From Camelus dromedarius (lineage: Eukaryota), in assembly GCF_036321535.1 (NCBI RefSeq), contig NC_087445.1:46934001-46998000 (forward strand): a DNA stretch of 64,000 nt, in the 5' to 3' direction. Shown here piece after piece: positions 25,819 through 37,533 of this stretch. The position numbers were made by a program, and so were the translations under genes. A model generated the notes under the pieces. It was given only the letters and a program-made list of their open reading frames with translations, had not been told where the DNA came from and did no database searches. The first letter of the stretch is position 1, and each line of letters begins with the position of its first letter.

Positions 25819-27242
25819 TGTGATATTATGATTTATAAGAAACATATGTTTGTTCATTCAGCTGGCCAAAATGTATTTCTCATATATATTTGGTCTTTGT
25901 TCATGGTTCCTGGCTCACAGCTGCCAAGGCCCTTCACAGCTCTTAAAATCCTTGAAATTTTTTGGGTGATAATAGCAATGGAGCAACTTTCCTCATAGTA
26001 TTTGGTCTTTTATCCTCAATTCCTGAAAAACACTTTAGCGCCATAAAGGTGAAATAGGTGTCTTGTTATTCATAACAAGCTCATTTCAACCACAACAGGA
26101 TTTAAGTTAATTAGATGAGTTTTGGAAAGCACTTAAGAATGGAGCTGGTTGCTAGGGGAAGCAACCCTAAATAGAGGGTTAGAACTTTCAGTCTCACCTC
26201 CTGATTTCCTGGGAGGGGAGAAAGGCTGGAGGTTGAATTAATCACTAATGGCCCGTGATTTAATCAGTCCTGCTCCTATATGCAGCCTCCATAAAAACCC
26301 AAAGGTTATGGTTTGGAGACTTTCCAGGTTGGTGAACATGTGGAGATTTGGAAGAGTCGTGTGTTTGGAGAGGGCACAGAAGCTCCATGCCCTTTCCCCA
26401 TACCTTGCCCTGTGCATCTCTTCTATCTAGCTGTCCCTGAGTTATATCTTCTTATAATAAACTAGTGATACAGTAAGTAAAATGTGCCTCCAAGTTCTGT
26501 GAGCCTATCTATCAAGTTAATCAAACCCAAGTAAGGGGTCGTCGGAACCTTCAATCTATGACTGGTCAATCAGAAGCACAGGTGACAACCTGGGCTTGCA
26601 ACTAATGTTTGAAGTAGGGGAGGCAGGGCAGAGAGCAGTCTGATAGGACCCAGCCCTTAACCTGTGGAATCTGATGCCATCTCCAGGTAGGTAAGTTACC
26701 AGAGAATAAGTTCTTGTCTCACTCAGGAAGGAATTCAAGAGAGAGCCATAGTAAAGTGAAAGTAGATTTATTCAGGGAGACACACACTCCATACACAGAG
26801 TGCTGGCTGTCTCAGAAGGGAGAATGGCAATGATGTGTGGGGGTGGTTAATTTTTATGGGCTGGGTAATTTCATATGCTAACAAGTTGGAGGATCATTCC
26901 AACTATGTTGGGGAAGGGGCAGGGATTTCTAGGAATTGGGCCCTACTCACTTTTTGGCCTTTTATGGTCAGCTGTGGAACTGTCTTGGCACCTGTGGGTG
27001 TGCCATGAGGCTCAAGGTCCACTAGAAGTCAAATCTTCTACCATCTAGGTTCTACCCAGTGTATGTCCTATCCTCAATTGCTCATTCCTTCAGTGGTTGT
27101 GCCCTGCCCTCTTCCCTCCTGTCTCAGATAGTGAAACAATTTAGTCCAATTCTAGGACCCTCAGCTGGTGTCTGAGCATTGCTTGGTGGGAAGTGGGAAA
27201 CCCCCCTCTACATTCACATTGAAATTGGTAGCAGAACTCTTT
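25819..27242 (+). mobile_element. MER21-family LTR (ERVL), interrupted by an ERV1 LTR
   Basis: Starts TGTGATATTATGATTT. Contains GGCTGGAGGTTGAATTAATCACTAATGG, CCTTGCCCTGTGCATCTCTTC and AATAAAC. 5-bp TSD GGTAA at 25814-25818 and 27243-27247. Confidence 0.8.
26694..27126 (-). mobile_element. ERV1-type solo LTR nested in MER21
   Basis: (A/T)GTTACC...CTCA with 4-bp TSD GGTA/GATA. Shares ATGAGGCTCAAGGTCCACT-GAAGTCAAATC with 24547-25480. Confidence 0.75.
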
Positions 27243-27499
27243 GGTAAACTCTACAGTTTCCCATAGTGAGAAACTATTCCTTTCCCCAAAACGTAAATTA
27301 AAAAAATGGAGAGGGAGAGAAAAAAAGAGGAGAGAGCTATAGAGTAAAAGAGACCAATTATAATGTATAATTTGGATTTCAGTTCAAATAAACAAATTGA
27401 AATAATTAAAGCATTTATAAGACATTTGAGGAAATATAAATGCTAGATAATTGATGATAGTAATTAATTACTTTGGAGTTTTAGATATATTAATAGTGT

Positions 27500-27860
27500 T
27501 GTTGAACCTAAGTTCATGTGCCTGACACACAGTGAAACCAAACAAACCAAAATGTCTTAGTTTGGAGAAGAGAAATGTTTATTAGGTTGAGGAGGTGTCA
27601 AACTGGGAGATGGGAGATCTAGTCTTGTCTCATATCCACCTTGCTGTCCTGCCCAAAGCAAAGTTGCAGGCTTCCAGGTACCATCTTGTGACTTCGATGT
27701 GTCATTGGTGATTGTGATTCATCTATGTATTGCTGCAAAGTGAACTAGTAAATCATGGTCTCGTGATCCCTTAACTTCTTTCTAGGAAGAGAGCAAAAGT
27801 AATGGTTGAGGCATATTGACTTAGAGCCTTCGTGATGGTTCAGGAGTTTCAGTTCTTAAT
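27500..27860 (-). mobile_element. ERV1-type LTR; 3' boundary uncertain
   Basis: TGTTGAACCTAAGTTC...GCCTGACACACAGTGAAACCAAAC...GTTTGGAGAAGAGAAATGTTTATT resembles recalled ungulate ERV1 LTR ends. Confidence 0.55.
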
Positions 27861-29028
27861 TGACCAAGGTCTGAATTAATCCTGTGTTGAGGTCCTCCTC
27901 CCTGTAGTGAGCTAAGAAGGGCATAGAGGGGCTCTGTGCTCAGTAGGAAAGGCCAGTTCACACCCGAGTGGGACAGATAATACTGGGTATGAGGTGGTGA
28001 AACAGGAACACACCCCTGCGCTCCCACAGCCCAAGAGACTGTTTCAGTGACCGTGTCCACATTTCCATCCAGGATGGGCAGGGAGCTCTGTGGGGCCCAA
28101 GAGAGAGGCTGACCATGCCTCAGGCAGGAGGAGCCCAGGACACTCAAGCAAGGCAAGCTAAGAGCATTTGTTTTCATTAGAAAGTTTTGATTCTCCGGAA
28201 AATACGAACATCCAATTGCTTCGAGGAAAAAGAGGCAATTTCTCTCCCTAACGATATCTTTGCCCCCTTTTGTGTCATTACTGACTGAGATCCTCACACA
28301 TTTTACCTCTGGACCTCTTGCCAGGTACACAGTGAGCTGGCTCCGCCTTTCAGTTTTATCAATCAGCCACCTTGTTCCATCTTCTGCCGGTCACATCTCC
28401 CCTTCTTGACTCCAGCTTCCCTCGGATCCCTGTGGCGCCCCGGCTCTGCTCTCTCCCATAGATCCATCCTTTAACCCTCCAGACTATGGAGTCAGAATGT
28501 GTACTTAAGACTTACCTAGGGGAGGAAAACAAAGCTTAAATACAGATACTAGCTGTGAGCGTGCCTAGGCTATGATCCTCCACATGTGTGTTGCAGGATC
28601 CACCTTACTTGCCCTCATAGGAAATGCCCTCCGTGGAATCTGCAAGGTCCCAACTCCGCTGAGTCTCAGGGAAAGGATAAAGTCTAGCTTCAGCTTCAGC
28701 TTTGCCTCCAAGAAAAATAAAAGTTGAAGATGGGCCATTTCCTGCAATGAAGACCATTTTTCTTACTGCTGTGTCTTGAAGTTTTGCCCCACATTGTCTT
28801 CAGTGCAACCTTTTTAGAGTGAGATTTTTAATCTTTATGTGACACAAAGGTGCACTGAGCTGTTTTTCTCAAAGAGAGGGAGCAGTGTGCTTCCAAAGGT
28901 GAATTCAGACTTGCCCAGTAGAGAATCAGACAAATCATGAATTGTTCTTTTCAACAGCATTCCACTTCTATCCCCTCAAGTCACACTCCTATCAGGTTTT
29001 AGGTTTCATCGTTTTAAAAAAATTAGGT

Positions 29029-29131
29029 CTGGAGTGTGTATAGCTCACTGGTAGAGTGCTTGCTTGGCATGCCCCAGGTCCTGGGTTCAATCCCCAGTGC
29101 CTCCATTAAAAATAAACAAATAAATAAAATT
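29029..29131 (+). mobile_element. tRNA-Ala-derived SINE (vic-1-like, camelid)
   Basis: GTATAGCTCACTGGTAGAG (A box) and GGTTCAATCCCC (B box), followed by an A-rich tail. Perfect 11-bp TSD AAAAATTAGGT at 29018-29028 and 29132-29142. Confidence 0.9.
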
Positions 29132-29293
29132 AAAAATTAGGTTCAGTAACAGCTAAAACTCTCCATTGCATGTGTAATTCAATTTTTCTGGTCACTCTTC
29201 ATATGTAATTTCTTTGGGAGACACATTCTTCTGAGATTCATGGATGAAAGTGACCAAGAGGCACAGAACTACAGGGACATCTCTCCTCTAAGA

Positions 29294-30253
29294 TCACCAG
29301 GTGAAGTGTTTCTCACTCACCAAGTTCCTCACAGCAGCCTTCACATCCTTGTTCCTGAGGCTGTAGATGATGGGGTTGAGCATGGGGGTCAACACCCCAT
29401 AGAAGAGGGAGATGAGCTTGTCTGCAAGGTCTTGTTTGTCTGCTCCCANNNNNNNNNNNNNNNNNNNNNNNNNNNNNNNNNNNNNNNNNNNNNNNNNNNN
29501 NNNNNNNNNNNNNNNNNNNNNNNNNNNNNNNNNNNNNNNNNNNNNNNNNNNNNNNNNNNNNNNNNNNNNNNNNNNNNNNNNNNNNNNNNNNNNNATGTAG
29601 GAGACCAAGATGAACAGCACAGGGACCCCCAGGAAGATCACATTGGTCACCCCCATACTGATCACATTGATAGAGATGTCAGCACATGCCAACTTCAGGA
29701 CAGCCAGGATCTCACAGGTGAAGTGGTTGATGACATTGTCCCCACAGAAGGGCAGCCTCATTGCAAGGGATGTTTGAACCATGGAGGCAGCACTTCCAGC
29801 TGCCCAGGAGCCAGCAGCCATGGGCACGTAGGCAGCCTTGCTCATGACNNNNNNNNNNNNNNNNNNNNNNNNNNNNNNNNNNNNNNNNNNNNNNNNNNNN
29901 NNNNNNNNNNNNNNNNNNNNNNNNNNNNNNNNNNNNNNNNNNNNNNNNNNNNNNNNNNNNNNNNNNNNNNNNNNNNNNNNNNNNNNNNNNNNNNNNNNNN
30001 NNNNNNGAATGAGGGGGACAGAGGAGGTCGTGTAGCAGATGTCGAGGAAGGAGAGGTTCCCCAGGAAGAAGTACATGGGCGTGTGCAGGCGGGAGTCAGA
30101 CACGGTCACCAGGACGAGGACCCCGTTTCCCAGCAGGATCAGCAGGTACGTCAGCAGGATGAGCACAAAGAACGTTTTCTCCAGCTTCAGGTGGGCTGAG
30201 AGGCCCAGGAGAATGAACTCTGTCACGGAAGCAGTCTGGTTGGCACTTTCCAT
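29294..30253 (-). CDS. Olfactory receptor locus 3, OR13C7-like (OR37 subfamily), 319 aa, 304 nt masked
   Basis: MESANQTAS...[11 protein letters not shown]...[20 protein letters not shown]. No disabling change in the visible part. N runs at 29449-29594 and 29849-30006. Confidence 0.8.
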   Translation of the reverse strand: MESANQTASVTEFILLGLSAHLKLEKTFFVLILLTYLLILLGNGVLVLVTVSDSRLHTPMYFFLGNLSFLDICYTTSSVPLIXXXXXXXXXXXXXXXXXXXXXXXXXXXXXXXXXXXXXXXXXXXXXXXXXXXXXVMSKAAYVPMAAGSWAAGSAASMVQTSLAMRLPFCGDNVINHFTCEILAVLKLACADISINVISMGVTNVIFLGVPVLFILVSYXXXXXXXXXXXXXXXXXXXXXXXXXXXXXXXXXXXXXXXXXXXXXXXXXXGADKQDLADKLISLFYGVLTPMLNPIIYSLRNKDVKAAVRNLVSEKHFTW

Positions 30254-30779
30254 GGTATGTCTCCTCTTTAAACTGAATAAAACTCTCAGAGGTCCAAACT
30301 CAACATCCTTTGTCTCGTGTAGGTCCAGGGCATCTGGTCTGGAGTTCTAGTCAGGCTGAGTGATCAGAAAACAGTTCTGAATCCGTGGTCTCTGTTTCTT
30401 TACAAGAAAAGAGCAATAAAATCAGAAATTACTTTGGGGCCATAGGACATCAGGTTTACGGTGTTTAGAATGATGATTCTGATCTTTTAATGCATTCGAT
30501 CAGAGACAAGACACATAACACATTCATTTTAGTGGTTCTATGGTCTATATGGCAATTCATCTCATTAAACTTTGATTGGAAATGTGACTGTAAGTTTGTT
30601 CCATGTTCTCCCACTCTGTACTAGGTATTAGGGAAATCATTAATTGTGAATACAGATCATTTTCTCAGAAAATACATCCCTTGTTCCCAAGATCTTTTTT
30701 CTCATTAGCAACACCAGCTCCAGGGCTTTCCATCCATCTTGTGACCATCCACCAGTCTACTCATCCATCATTCTGTCCA

Positions 30780-31030
30780 TCCATCCATCCATCTGTCCAT
30801 CTGTGTCTAAACATCATCCACCAAAACACTTGTTGAGCACCCAGTGTGTGAATGTGACAGTTCCTCTGAGGAACAGGGGTGACCCATGGCTTAAGTGGGC
30901 TCACAGCCTGGCAGGGAAGGGAAACAGAAGGATTCAGGAGAGGCCAAAACATCCAAAATGGCAGGCAGAGTATTGGTAGAACAGGGGTCATAGAAGGCTC
31001 CTTTAATGATGTTGAATCCAGCTGGGCTAT
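30780..31030 (-). mobile_element. L2 3' fragment with (CCAT)n tail
   Basis: CCATCCATCC...AAACACTTGTTGAGCACC...GGCAGGGAAGGG. Confidence 0.55.
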
Positions 31031-31254
31031 TAAGGACAAAAGGAGGACTGGACACAAAGAGATGCAAGGGAAAGGGGGGAGGTCTCCAAGGTGACTTTGT
31101 GCTCAGGAAGTGTTGATATGTTCCTAGCAGTTGAATCTGTTGTTCAGTGAGGACAGACAGAGAACTGTCTCCAAAAACCCATAGTTGATCACAGTTTCTG
31201 AAAATCTAGTTCTCTTGGATAACTAAGCAGTGCTTTTTTTCTTTTTTTTTTTTT

Positions 31255-31470
31255 CTGTGTTGAATATATTTGACATATAATGTGTAAATTGAAGGTGTGC
31301 CATCTGGTACTTTGATACATTTATCTATTGTAATATGATTGCTGTTGTGGTATTTATCACATTACATAATTATAGTGCAATGTTGTCTATATTCATTATA
31401 GTATGCATTAGATCACTGACTTATTTACTACTTGTTGCAAGCTTCTACCTTTAAGCAGCATCTATTTTAT
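31255..31470 (-). mobile_element. L1MA-type 3' end
   Basis: T-rich tail, then TGTGTAAATTGAAGGTG...TTTGATACATTTATCTATTGTAATATGATT. Confidence 0.6.
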
Positions 31471-32745
31471 TTTATTTTAATACCATTCTCCCTTGGCGAT
31501 CATGCAAAAATCCATGGACATTAATAGTCCTTGAGCCTTTTGTCACTAGACTCATATCGTACCATTGATTATGCTCCCCAAGTTACCTAGTCCAACCCTG
31601 TCTCCATTGTAGTTCTTTTTCTGCCCCACACTGATCCATGGCTTTTCAACTTCAGCTTGATTTCTTCTAAAGATAAAGAGTCTACTGCATTCCCAAACAG
31701 CCTACTTCATATTTGCAAACTCTAGAGTATTAGAAAATTCTTGAACATATTGAGCCAAGCAGTCGGTTTTCTAAGTTTTTTTTGTTCATGTGATGGTGGT
31801 CAGCTTCCTTCTGGAACTACACTGAATCTGCAGATACATCAGATATGTAAGCCCAGAGACTTGGGCTCCATTGTGCTTAACCTTCTGACCTGCTGAGTAG
31901 ATTTCAGTACTTCTTCCCTCTCCTAGACCCTCAGGTTACCTTATTCTGTGTTGGGATTGGAAGAGATCAATGATGTTCAAACTTCTTATGAAAGAGAACT
32001 TTTGTTCTCTTAAATTCAGAACCCCCATGTATAAAGCAGAGCTGCTCTTATTGAAGGGGACAGGGAGGGCTCAGAAACTCTGGGCTGCTCAGCCCGTGAG
32101 GCTCCTCTGAGGCCAGGTCGCAGGACCACAGGCTCCATTTTCATTGTAGGCCATAAAAATGTCACTCTCTGGAGCACAACAACAGGACAACACTAGCCAT
32201 TTCCATAGTTACGGTGTGAATGGTGCTCCCTGGAGTTGTACAAGAAGAGGCTCTGAAACCATGGAACCATCTCATCCTGGGAGTCTCTCTGAAATTAGGA
32301 GAATCCATGAAGTGAGACAGTTTCATAGGCTTCTTGCTTCTAGGTTTTTCTGACCCAGGAAGAAGGGGTTTTGCATGGCCCTGAATCTTTGTGATACCAC
32401 CGAAATTGTTTCATTTCTTCCCTTCTCCAGTCTCAACCCCTTTGAAAAATCAAATCATAAGCTGGAAATGTCACTGCACTAATAAAAATTTGAAGACTAC
32501 TCTTATGAGAACTCTCACCTACCTTTTTCAGGAACCTACTGAAAAAGGGTCCCTCTGTCTTGGAAATAGTACATGGGCCAGAAATAGCAATACTAGTTTA
32601 AAGGCCCGGGCTGAGATGTCCACCTCTGATTTGAAGAAGGAATGAAAGCCAGTGCCTCCCTCTCTATCTTGGTTCTGTGCTTTAGGCAAAATCTCCAAAG
32701 GAACAACCAGTACATGAAGAAGGCAATTTGAAATCAGCACTGCAA

Positions 32746-32848
32746 TTGGGACTACTGTATTCCCTGAAGTGATTAAAAGTTTGGAAATGGAATCATACAA
32801 ATCAGGAAACTTTATACTTTTGGGACAATGTCCCTGAGATCCAATTAT
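32746..32848 (-). promoter_or_regulatory. OR37 promoter module upstream of locus 3
   Basis: TTGGGACTACTGTATTCCCTGAAGTGATTAAAAGTTTGG...GAAACTTTATAC...GTCCCTGAGATCCAATTA, ~2.5 kb 5' of the ATG. Confidence 0.8.
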
Positions 32849-33395
32849 GCTGAAAGCACTCCAGGAAAATGTCTTTTTTTCCCCCTTCTTTTGTTCCTGA
32901 TGGAACACTTTCCATCAGATGGAGAGATGTTTCTACTCTTAGGCCACTGAAGGACATCGAGGAAGCATTTCCATGTCATGCTTGAATTTCCACAAACTTC
33001 AAAATGCTTAAACTTCTTGAGGAGAACAGCTGGGGAGATAAGACACCCTATGTTCATGGTATTGTGGAACCAGCAGCTGCAGGCACAATGCTTCTAAACC
33101 AAGTGCTCAAGGTCATGACTGTGGACACTTAGGGGAACTACCACCCAGAGCCATGGGGAGACTTCACGGAGGAGGCAGCTTCTGGCCAGGGACAATGAGG
33201 GAGAATTTTCACATAAAGAGACGGGCAAGGGTTGGGAGAAAGGGGAAGACCATCTTGGGGACAATACTTGGCACAGGTCTTAGGACTGAGTATTTCTTCC
33301 ACAGCCTCTACAAGTCATTTGTTTGAAAAGCATCATGGAACAGGAGACATAGAACAAAGTCCAGGGAAGACCTTCTAAGTTGGTGGAATCTGGAA

Positions 33396-33873
33396 TGTGG
33401 TAGCAGCCTCTAAGATGGCCCCCAGTGATTCCTGCCTACTGGATTTCATGGGCTTATGTACCCTCCCCTTTAGTAATAATTTCTAACCAAAAAAAAATAC
33501 ACTTTTGCCAGTTTTGATGAAGAAAACTGCCAGATTGGAGAGGCCCATTTGGCAAGGAACTGTGGGAGGTCTCTAGCCAACAGCCAGGGAAGAATTGAGG
33601 TCCTCAGACCAGTAGCCCTCAAGGCATTGAATCCTTCCAACAACCATGTAAGTGAGTTTGATATTTAACCCTTTCCCAGTCAAACCTTCAGATGAGATCC
33701 CAGCCCTTGCCAACATCTTTGATTACAGTCTTGTGAAAGACCCTGAAGCAGAGGATCCAGCAAATCTGTGCTCAGATTCTTGACCCACAGAAACTGTGAA
33801 ACAATACATGTGTGTTCTTCTAAGTGACTAAGTTTTGGAGTGATGTGTTTTGGAATAATAGGTAACTAATACA
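33396..33873 (+). mobile_element. MLT1D/E-type solo LTR
   Basis: TGTGGTAGCAGCCTCTAAGATGGCCCCCAGTGAT...CCTTCAGATGAGA...TGACCCACAGAAACTGTG...TAACTAATACA. Confidence 0.85.
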
Positions 33874-34539
33874 CAGAATATGATTAAAAGCTGTGAGGAA
33901 GAAGCTAGGGAAAGAAAGAGGTGACACATCTGGAAAAAAGTGGTCCAGTGAAGGGGAGCCCCCTACTTCCCCAAAAGTCTTTCCTACTGCCAGGGGACAT
34001 TAGTGATCAGAAGGTATTTCCTCATTCTGAACCAAAGCCTGCCTATCTCCCTGCAGCTCTACCCTGGGTCCTCACTTTGCACCTGGGGGCCACACAGTGT
34101 GATTGCTTTGTCTTTTGCATATTAGCCCTTCAAAGGTAGGAGGACAATAAATCATTATAGATATGCTCAGTTACACTGAAGATGTGAGCTTGATCTAAGG
34201 ACAGCTACCCTTCTACAATAACTCAGCAAATAACGAATAGTAACTCAATAAATATGTAATAAAATCATGACTAAAAGCTATCAGGTAAACCAGTCTCTGC
34301 CATCAGTCCAAGTGGCACAAGGAATCTTGGGCCCTCAGATGACCTGCTTATAAGAGGAGCTTTTCATTATTATTTATAGCAAAGAAACAGTAACAAGTAC
34401 AAGAACAAGCCCCCATAAGAATACACCTTCATTTTGTAATGAGGCTGCTAGAAAGTTCACTAGACATATTTGTGGCTTGTCAACAACAATCACTATAAAA
34501 AGTCCATACATTTAGACAGACAGACAGTTAGTTGTCTAC

Positions 34540-37260
34540 TTTTTGGGGTCTAATTTCCTCACAGTGAAGTGCATAACTCTTAAGTGTACCAACCAATGAA
34601 TTTTGAAAGACACGCACACCCATGTAACCCACATCCTATTAAGTTATAGAATATTTCCAACACAACAGTTTTCTCATGCCCCTTACCAGTTAATCCTTAA
34701 TACCACCCTGTCAGAGCAATCCCCATTGTTCTAATATTTTTCATCTTTGTTTAAATATTACCTTTTCAGAAACATCATATTAATATAATCATGTGTAAGC
34801 CTTTATTCAGAATAATGTTTTTGAGATCTGTCGTGTTGTTACATGGTTTTGTAGTTTGTCCCTTTTTATTACTGAGTAGTAGTATTCCATTATAAGAACA
34901 TCCTAGTTTGTTTATCCATTCTCCTTGTTGATGGACATCCAGCTTGTTTCTAGTTTTGGCTGTTATGAATAAAGCCATTGTTAACATTATCATACAAGTC
35001 TTTTTGTAGACATGTATTTTAACTTCTCTTGGCTAAATACCCGAGAATGAGACTGTTTATAGATATACATTGGACAGGTCTTTTGCCAGAGTGTTTGTAC
35101 CATTTTACACTCTTATCAAAAAAGCCACAAGGGTTCTCATATCACATTTTCACCACTTTTGGTGTTACCAGTTGTTGAAATTTTAGCCACCCTGGTTGAT
35201 GTGTAGTGGTATCTCACTGTGGTTTTCATTTGCATTTTCTTGATAACTAATGGTATTTATGTGCTTTTTCATGTGCCAGTTGGTCATTCCAATATTTTTC
35301 TTTGTGAATTATCTGTTCAGCTATTTTGTCCATTATTATACTTTTCTTGTTTTTTTTTTTCCTAAATATTGAGTTGTAGCAAGTCCTTATGTATTTTAGA
35401 GTCCTTTGTCAGATATGTGTATTATGAACACCCTGCTAGCCTGTGGCTTGCATACTCATTTTCTTAATAGTGTCTTTTGCTGAGCACATGTTTGGTTGAT
35501 TTGTTTTTTAATGCATCTGGTGGCTCAAAACAGTATTCTGATTTCCTTTTATCCTGCAGTTTGGCTTTTGATAGGTGGAGGGACACATTTTTCTGACACA
35601 GTGGGGCTGGGGAAGGTGTAGAAAAATAAGGTGTGTGTAGGCTTCTGCCTGTTTTTGTCTTCATGTTTTGGTAAGATAATTTGGCTCTTACCAGCTGAGA
35701 TTTAATGTCCTCATTAACAATCAGGCAAGATATCAGGTAAAAAGAGGGAGAGCAAAGGTCAGAACATGGAGAGAGGGTTGGTAGATTGGTGATGAATGCT
35801 GGGGGCTTCCTCCCCACCCCCAACAAGGATTTCTTCAGAGGCACATGAATGTCCATGATCTCTGGACCATGCTTATGGCAGATTTGGTGGGTATGACATC
35901 ATTTTGAATGCTACCATCGAGCCTCTTTGGGGTATTGTCTCTAGCTCACCTGAGAGGTGCCATCATGCCAGTGTAAGACAGGGCTCATCCAGGGAGGGCA
36001 TTGTGCCAGAGAAGGGAGACAGCAGTGAAGCCATTGAGCTTAAAGTATTTCTACAAGAGTGACTCTCTAAAGTGGATGGGGTAAAAATGAGACCAGCAGG
36101 ATTTCTGTCTGTGTGGTTGATTTTGTTTGTTTGTTTTTTGAACAAGGACAAAGAACTCCTCAAGTAGAGGTGTATGTGCAAAGGGTCTGATAGGATGGGA
36201 GGGTGCAGGGTGAGTCAGTCCATGTGCTGAGAAATCCAGAGAATCTCTAGTAGCTGAGACTCAGGCTTTTTTCAGACATAGGCAAAGAGAGGAATTCACC
36301 TCTGATCATTCACTGCAAAGCTAGCTGCTATGTCAGTAGTCACCGCAGAAGTTTCCTTGAGTGAACTGAGTTGCAGGAGCCAGTGTGGCCCATAGCCCTC
36401 AGGCCTCAGCCCCACAGGCAGCCTGCTGAGCAGATGTTTTAAATTTTGGTGACCTCTATCTTTTTTTTCCCTTTTTTGGCTATTACTTTCTGTATCCTCT
36501 CTGAGAAAATTTTGCCTATCCCCAGTCACAAAGACATTTTTCTATATTTTATTATAAAAGCTTTATAGTTTTAGCTTTCATGTTCAGGTTCATGGTCCAT
36601 AGTGAAATAGTTTTTGTTTGTTTGTTTGTTTATTGTTTGGTCTAGTTGTTCTAGCAATTATTGAAAAAAAGGATACGAAAATCTCTAATTCTGACTGTAG
36701 CTCTGTCTCTTCCTTTATATCCATCTTTGCTTCATGTTATTTAAAGACTTGTTACTAGGAGAATACTCATTTATTATTTTTATGTCTTCCTGATTGACAC
36801 CTTATCATTATGCAATGTCCTTCTTTATCTACGGTAATACTCTTTGTCTTCAAGTCTGCTTTATCTGAAACTAATATAACCTTTCAGCTGTTTTCTTGAT
36901 ATATTTTCCCATCCTTTTACTTTCAACCTATGTATGTCATTATGAAATTCTTCCTTTAGACAGAATACAGTTGAGTCTTGCTTTTTTATCCTGTCTGATA
37001 GTCTGTATAGTTTAACTAGTAAGCTTAATCCATTTCTATTTAATATGATCATTGATTAGTTGGGTTTAGGTTTACTATTATGTTGTTTTCTTTTTATTGC
37101 ATCTATTTTTTGTTCATCTGTTCCTCCTTTCCTGCTGTCTCTTGGGTTAATTGTATAGTTCTTAGAACTAATTCCATTTTAATCTATTGGCTTTTAAGAT
37201 ATATCTCTTTGCCTTATTTTTCTACTGGTTGCTCTAGGAATTATTATATACATCTGAATC
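34540..37260 (-). mobile_element. Old L1 fragments interrupted by a ~930 bp insert; endonuclease remnant at 36861-37052
   Basis: Antisense 3'UTR/ORF2 motifs. ORF 36861-37052 (LNRNGL...RIKKQDSTVFCL...HRLKVKGW) is the L1 ORF2 endonuclease N-terminus. Confidence 0.75.
35494..36423 (-). other. Unidentified retroposed insert (possible retrocopy of an mRNA 3' end)
   Basis: 16-bp TSD TGCTGAGCA(C/G)ATGTTT at 35478-35493 and 36424-36439, a TTTT/AA site and a degenerate A tail on -. Confidence 0.65.
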
Positions 37261-37369
37261 TTTTAATTGTCTCAATATCCTTGCTTAAAAAAGGATATAT
37301 AAATCAATTAGGCAAACAAATAAATGAATTAGTCCCAATGGCAAACTACTTCTACTAGAATATTTTGGG

Positions 37370-37533
37370 TACTTGCTACTCAAAGTGTGGTCTAAGGCCA
37401 GTAACAACATCACTTGAGATCGTGTTAAAACTGCAGAATCTCTAGTTACACTCCAGATGTACTGAACCATAATCTGCATTTTGACAAAATCCTCAGGTGA
37501 TTTATAGGCACATTAAAGTTTGAGAAGTACTGT
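37370..37533. mobile_element. MER5A (hAT-Charlie MITE)
   Basis: CTACTCAAAGTGTGGTC...AATCTGCATTTTGACAA...GCACATTAAAGTTTGAGAAGTACTG. Confidence 0.8.

Noticed and set aside
28426-28440. ATCCCTGTGGCGCCC, resembling a tRNA-Lys primer-binding site
   Set aside because: Needs a 3-nt gap to match and is not directly adjacent to a defined LTR end.
29029-29105. tRNA-Ala-like sequence (also 15595-15667)
   Set aside because: A-rich tails, TSDs and broken stems identify these as SINEs, not tRNA genes.
29240-30199. 319-aa antisense ORF over locus 3, and similar antisense ORFs over the other ORs (e.g. 20255-20671, 60486-60956, [12 protein letters not shown]... copies)
   Set aside because: These are shadows of GC3-rich OR coding sequence, inflated by N runs. 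They recur only because the OR paralogs do, and they have no independent protein signature.
35464-35856. 130-aa ORF inside the retroposed insert
   Set aside because: No recognisable domain, and it runs through the A tail and TSD into L1 sequence, so it is probably a chance frame.
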